DNA of 20,554 nucleotides, taken from NCBI RefSeq assembly GCF_004010195.1, contig NC_057718.1:90630376-90650929 (forward strand), read 5' to 3'. Source of the DNA: Chiloscyllium plagiosum. Its lineage: Eukaryota. The notes beneath the pieces are model-generated. The model was given only the letters and a program-made list of their open reading frames with translations, did no database searches and was not told the DNA's origin. Of this stretch, positions 20,196 to 20,554 are shown piece after piece (position 1 is the stretch's first letter; each line of letters begins with the position of its first letter). The position numbers and the translations under genes were made by a program.

Positions 20196-20554
20196 ATGAC
20201 TGCCCAGCTGGTTCAGTGCGCTACGTGCTTGATGTGGGAGGTCAACGACTCTGGTGTGTCTGGCTCGTATATCTGTGGAAAGTGTGTGCACATTCAGCAA
20301 TTGACCGAGCATATTGCAGCGCTGACAAAAGAACTCGAAGACCTTAGGCTCATCCGAGAGAACGAGATCTTTCTGGACAAGACCTTCAGCGATGTTATTA
20401 CACCAATCATGCAAGAGGAGAGCAGAAGAGAGCAAATGATGAGGAAGGCAGAGAGGAGACAGGTGCAAGAGACCCCGGGAGAAGTACCTGTCAGGAACAA
20501 GTTGAAGCTTTTGGAAACAGAGACTGATGACACTGCCAGTTCGCAAGGCGGCCA
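20196..20554 (+). CDS. CR1 ORF1 protein N-terminus (C4 zinc finger + coiled coil), 3'-partial
   Basis: Hand translation with no stop: MTAQLVQCATCLMWEVNDSGVSGSYICGKCVHIQQLTEHIAALTKELEDLRLIRENEIFLDKTFSDVITP...RQVQETPGEVPVRNKLKLLET. It has CxxC-x15-CxxC, heptads I33/L36, I40/L43 and L47/L50, and an in-frame TGA upstream at 20160. Confidence 0.85.
   Translation, partial: MTAQLVQCATCLMWEVNDSGVSGSYICGKCVHIQQLTEHIAALTKELEDLRLIRENEIFLDKTFSDVITPIMQEESRREQMMRKAERRQVQETPGEVPVRNKLKLLETETDDTASSQGG

Larger units (their letters stand above)
19842..20554 (+). mobile_element. 5' end (5'UTR + ORF1) of a young, possibly full-length CR1 LINE
   Basis: Abrupt CpG enrichment, tandem UTR repeats and an open CR1-type ORF1. 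The exact 5' boundary is uncertain. Confidence 0.8.

Noticed and set aside
20133..20546. 137-aa and 79-aa minus-strand ORFs
   Set aside because: They are antisense shadows of the CR1 ORF1 on the plus strand.

Overview
Eukaryotic, repeat-dense, apparently non-genic DNA. The repeat set (HE1/V-SINEs, CR1/HER1-type LINEs, Deu-domain SINE, Rex1/Babar tails) points to a cartilaginous fish, probably a bamboo or carpet shark; this is recognition from memory, not a database result. I could not support any host exon, and nearly all listed ORFs are artefacts of repeats. The only convincing intact coding sequence is absent from the ORF track: a CR1 ORF1 (CxxC-x15-CxxC plus leucine heptads) starting at 20196 and running off the right edge, behind a CpG-rich 5'UTR with 41-bp direct repeats. 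The most interesting signal is a set of short fold-back insertions. They carry a minimal hammerhead-ribozyme core (CUGANGA-A-GGGC-N4-GCCC-GAAA-CGUC), have 12-16 bp target-site duplications, and have an inverted arm that lacks the last 31-37 nt. This architecture fits Penelope-like retroelement termini, and it recurs in an unrelated sequence family in the same window.
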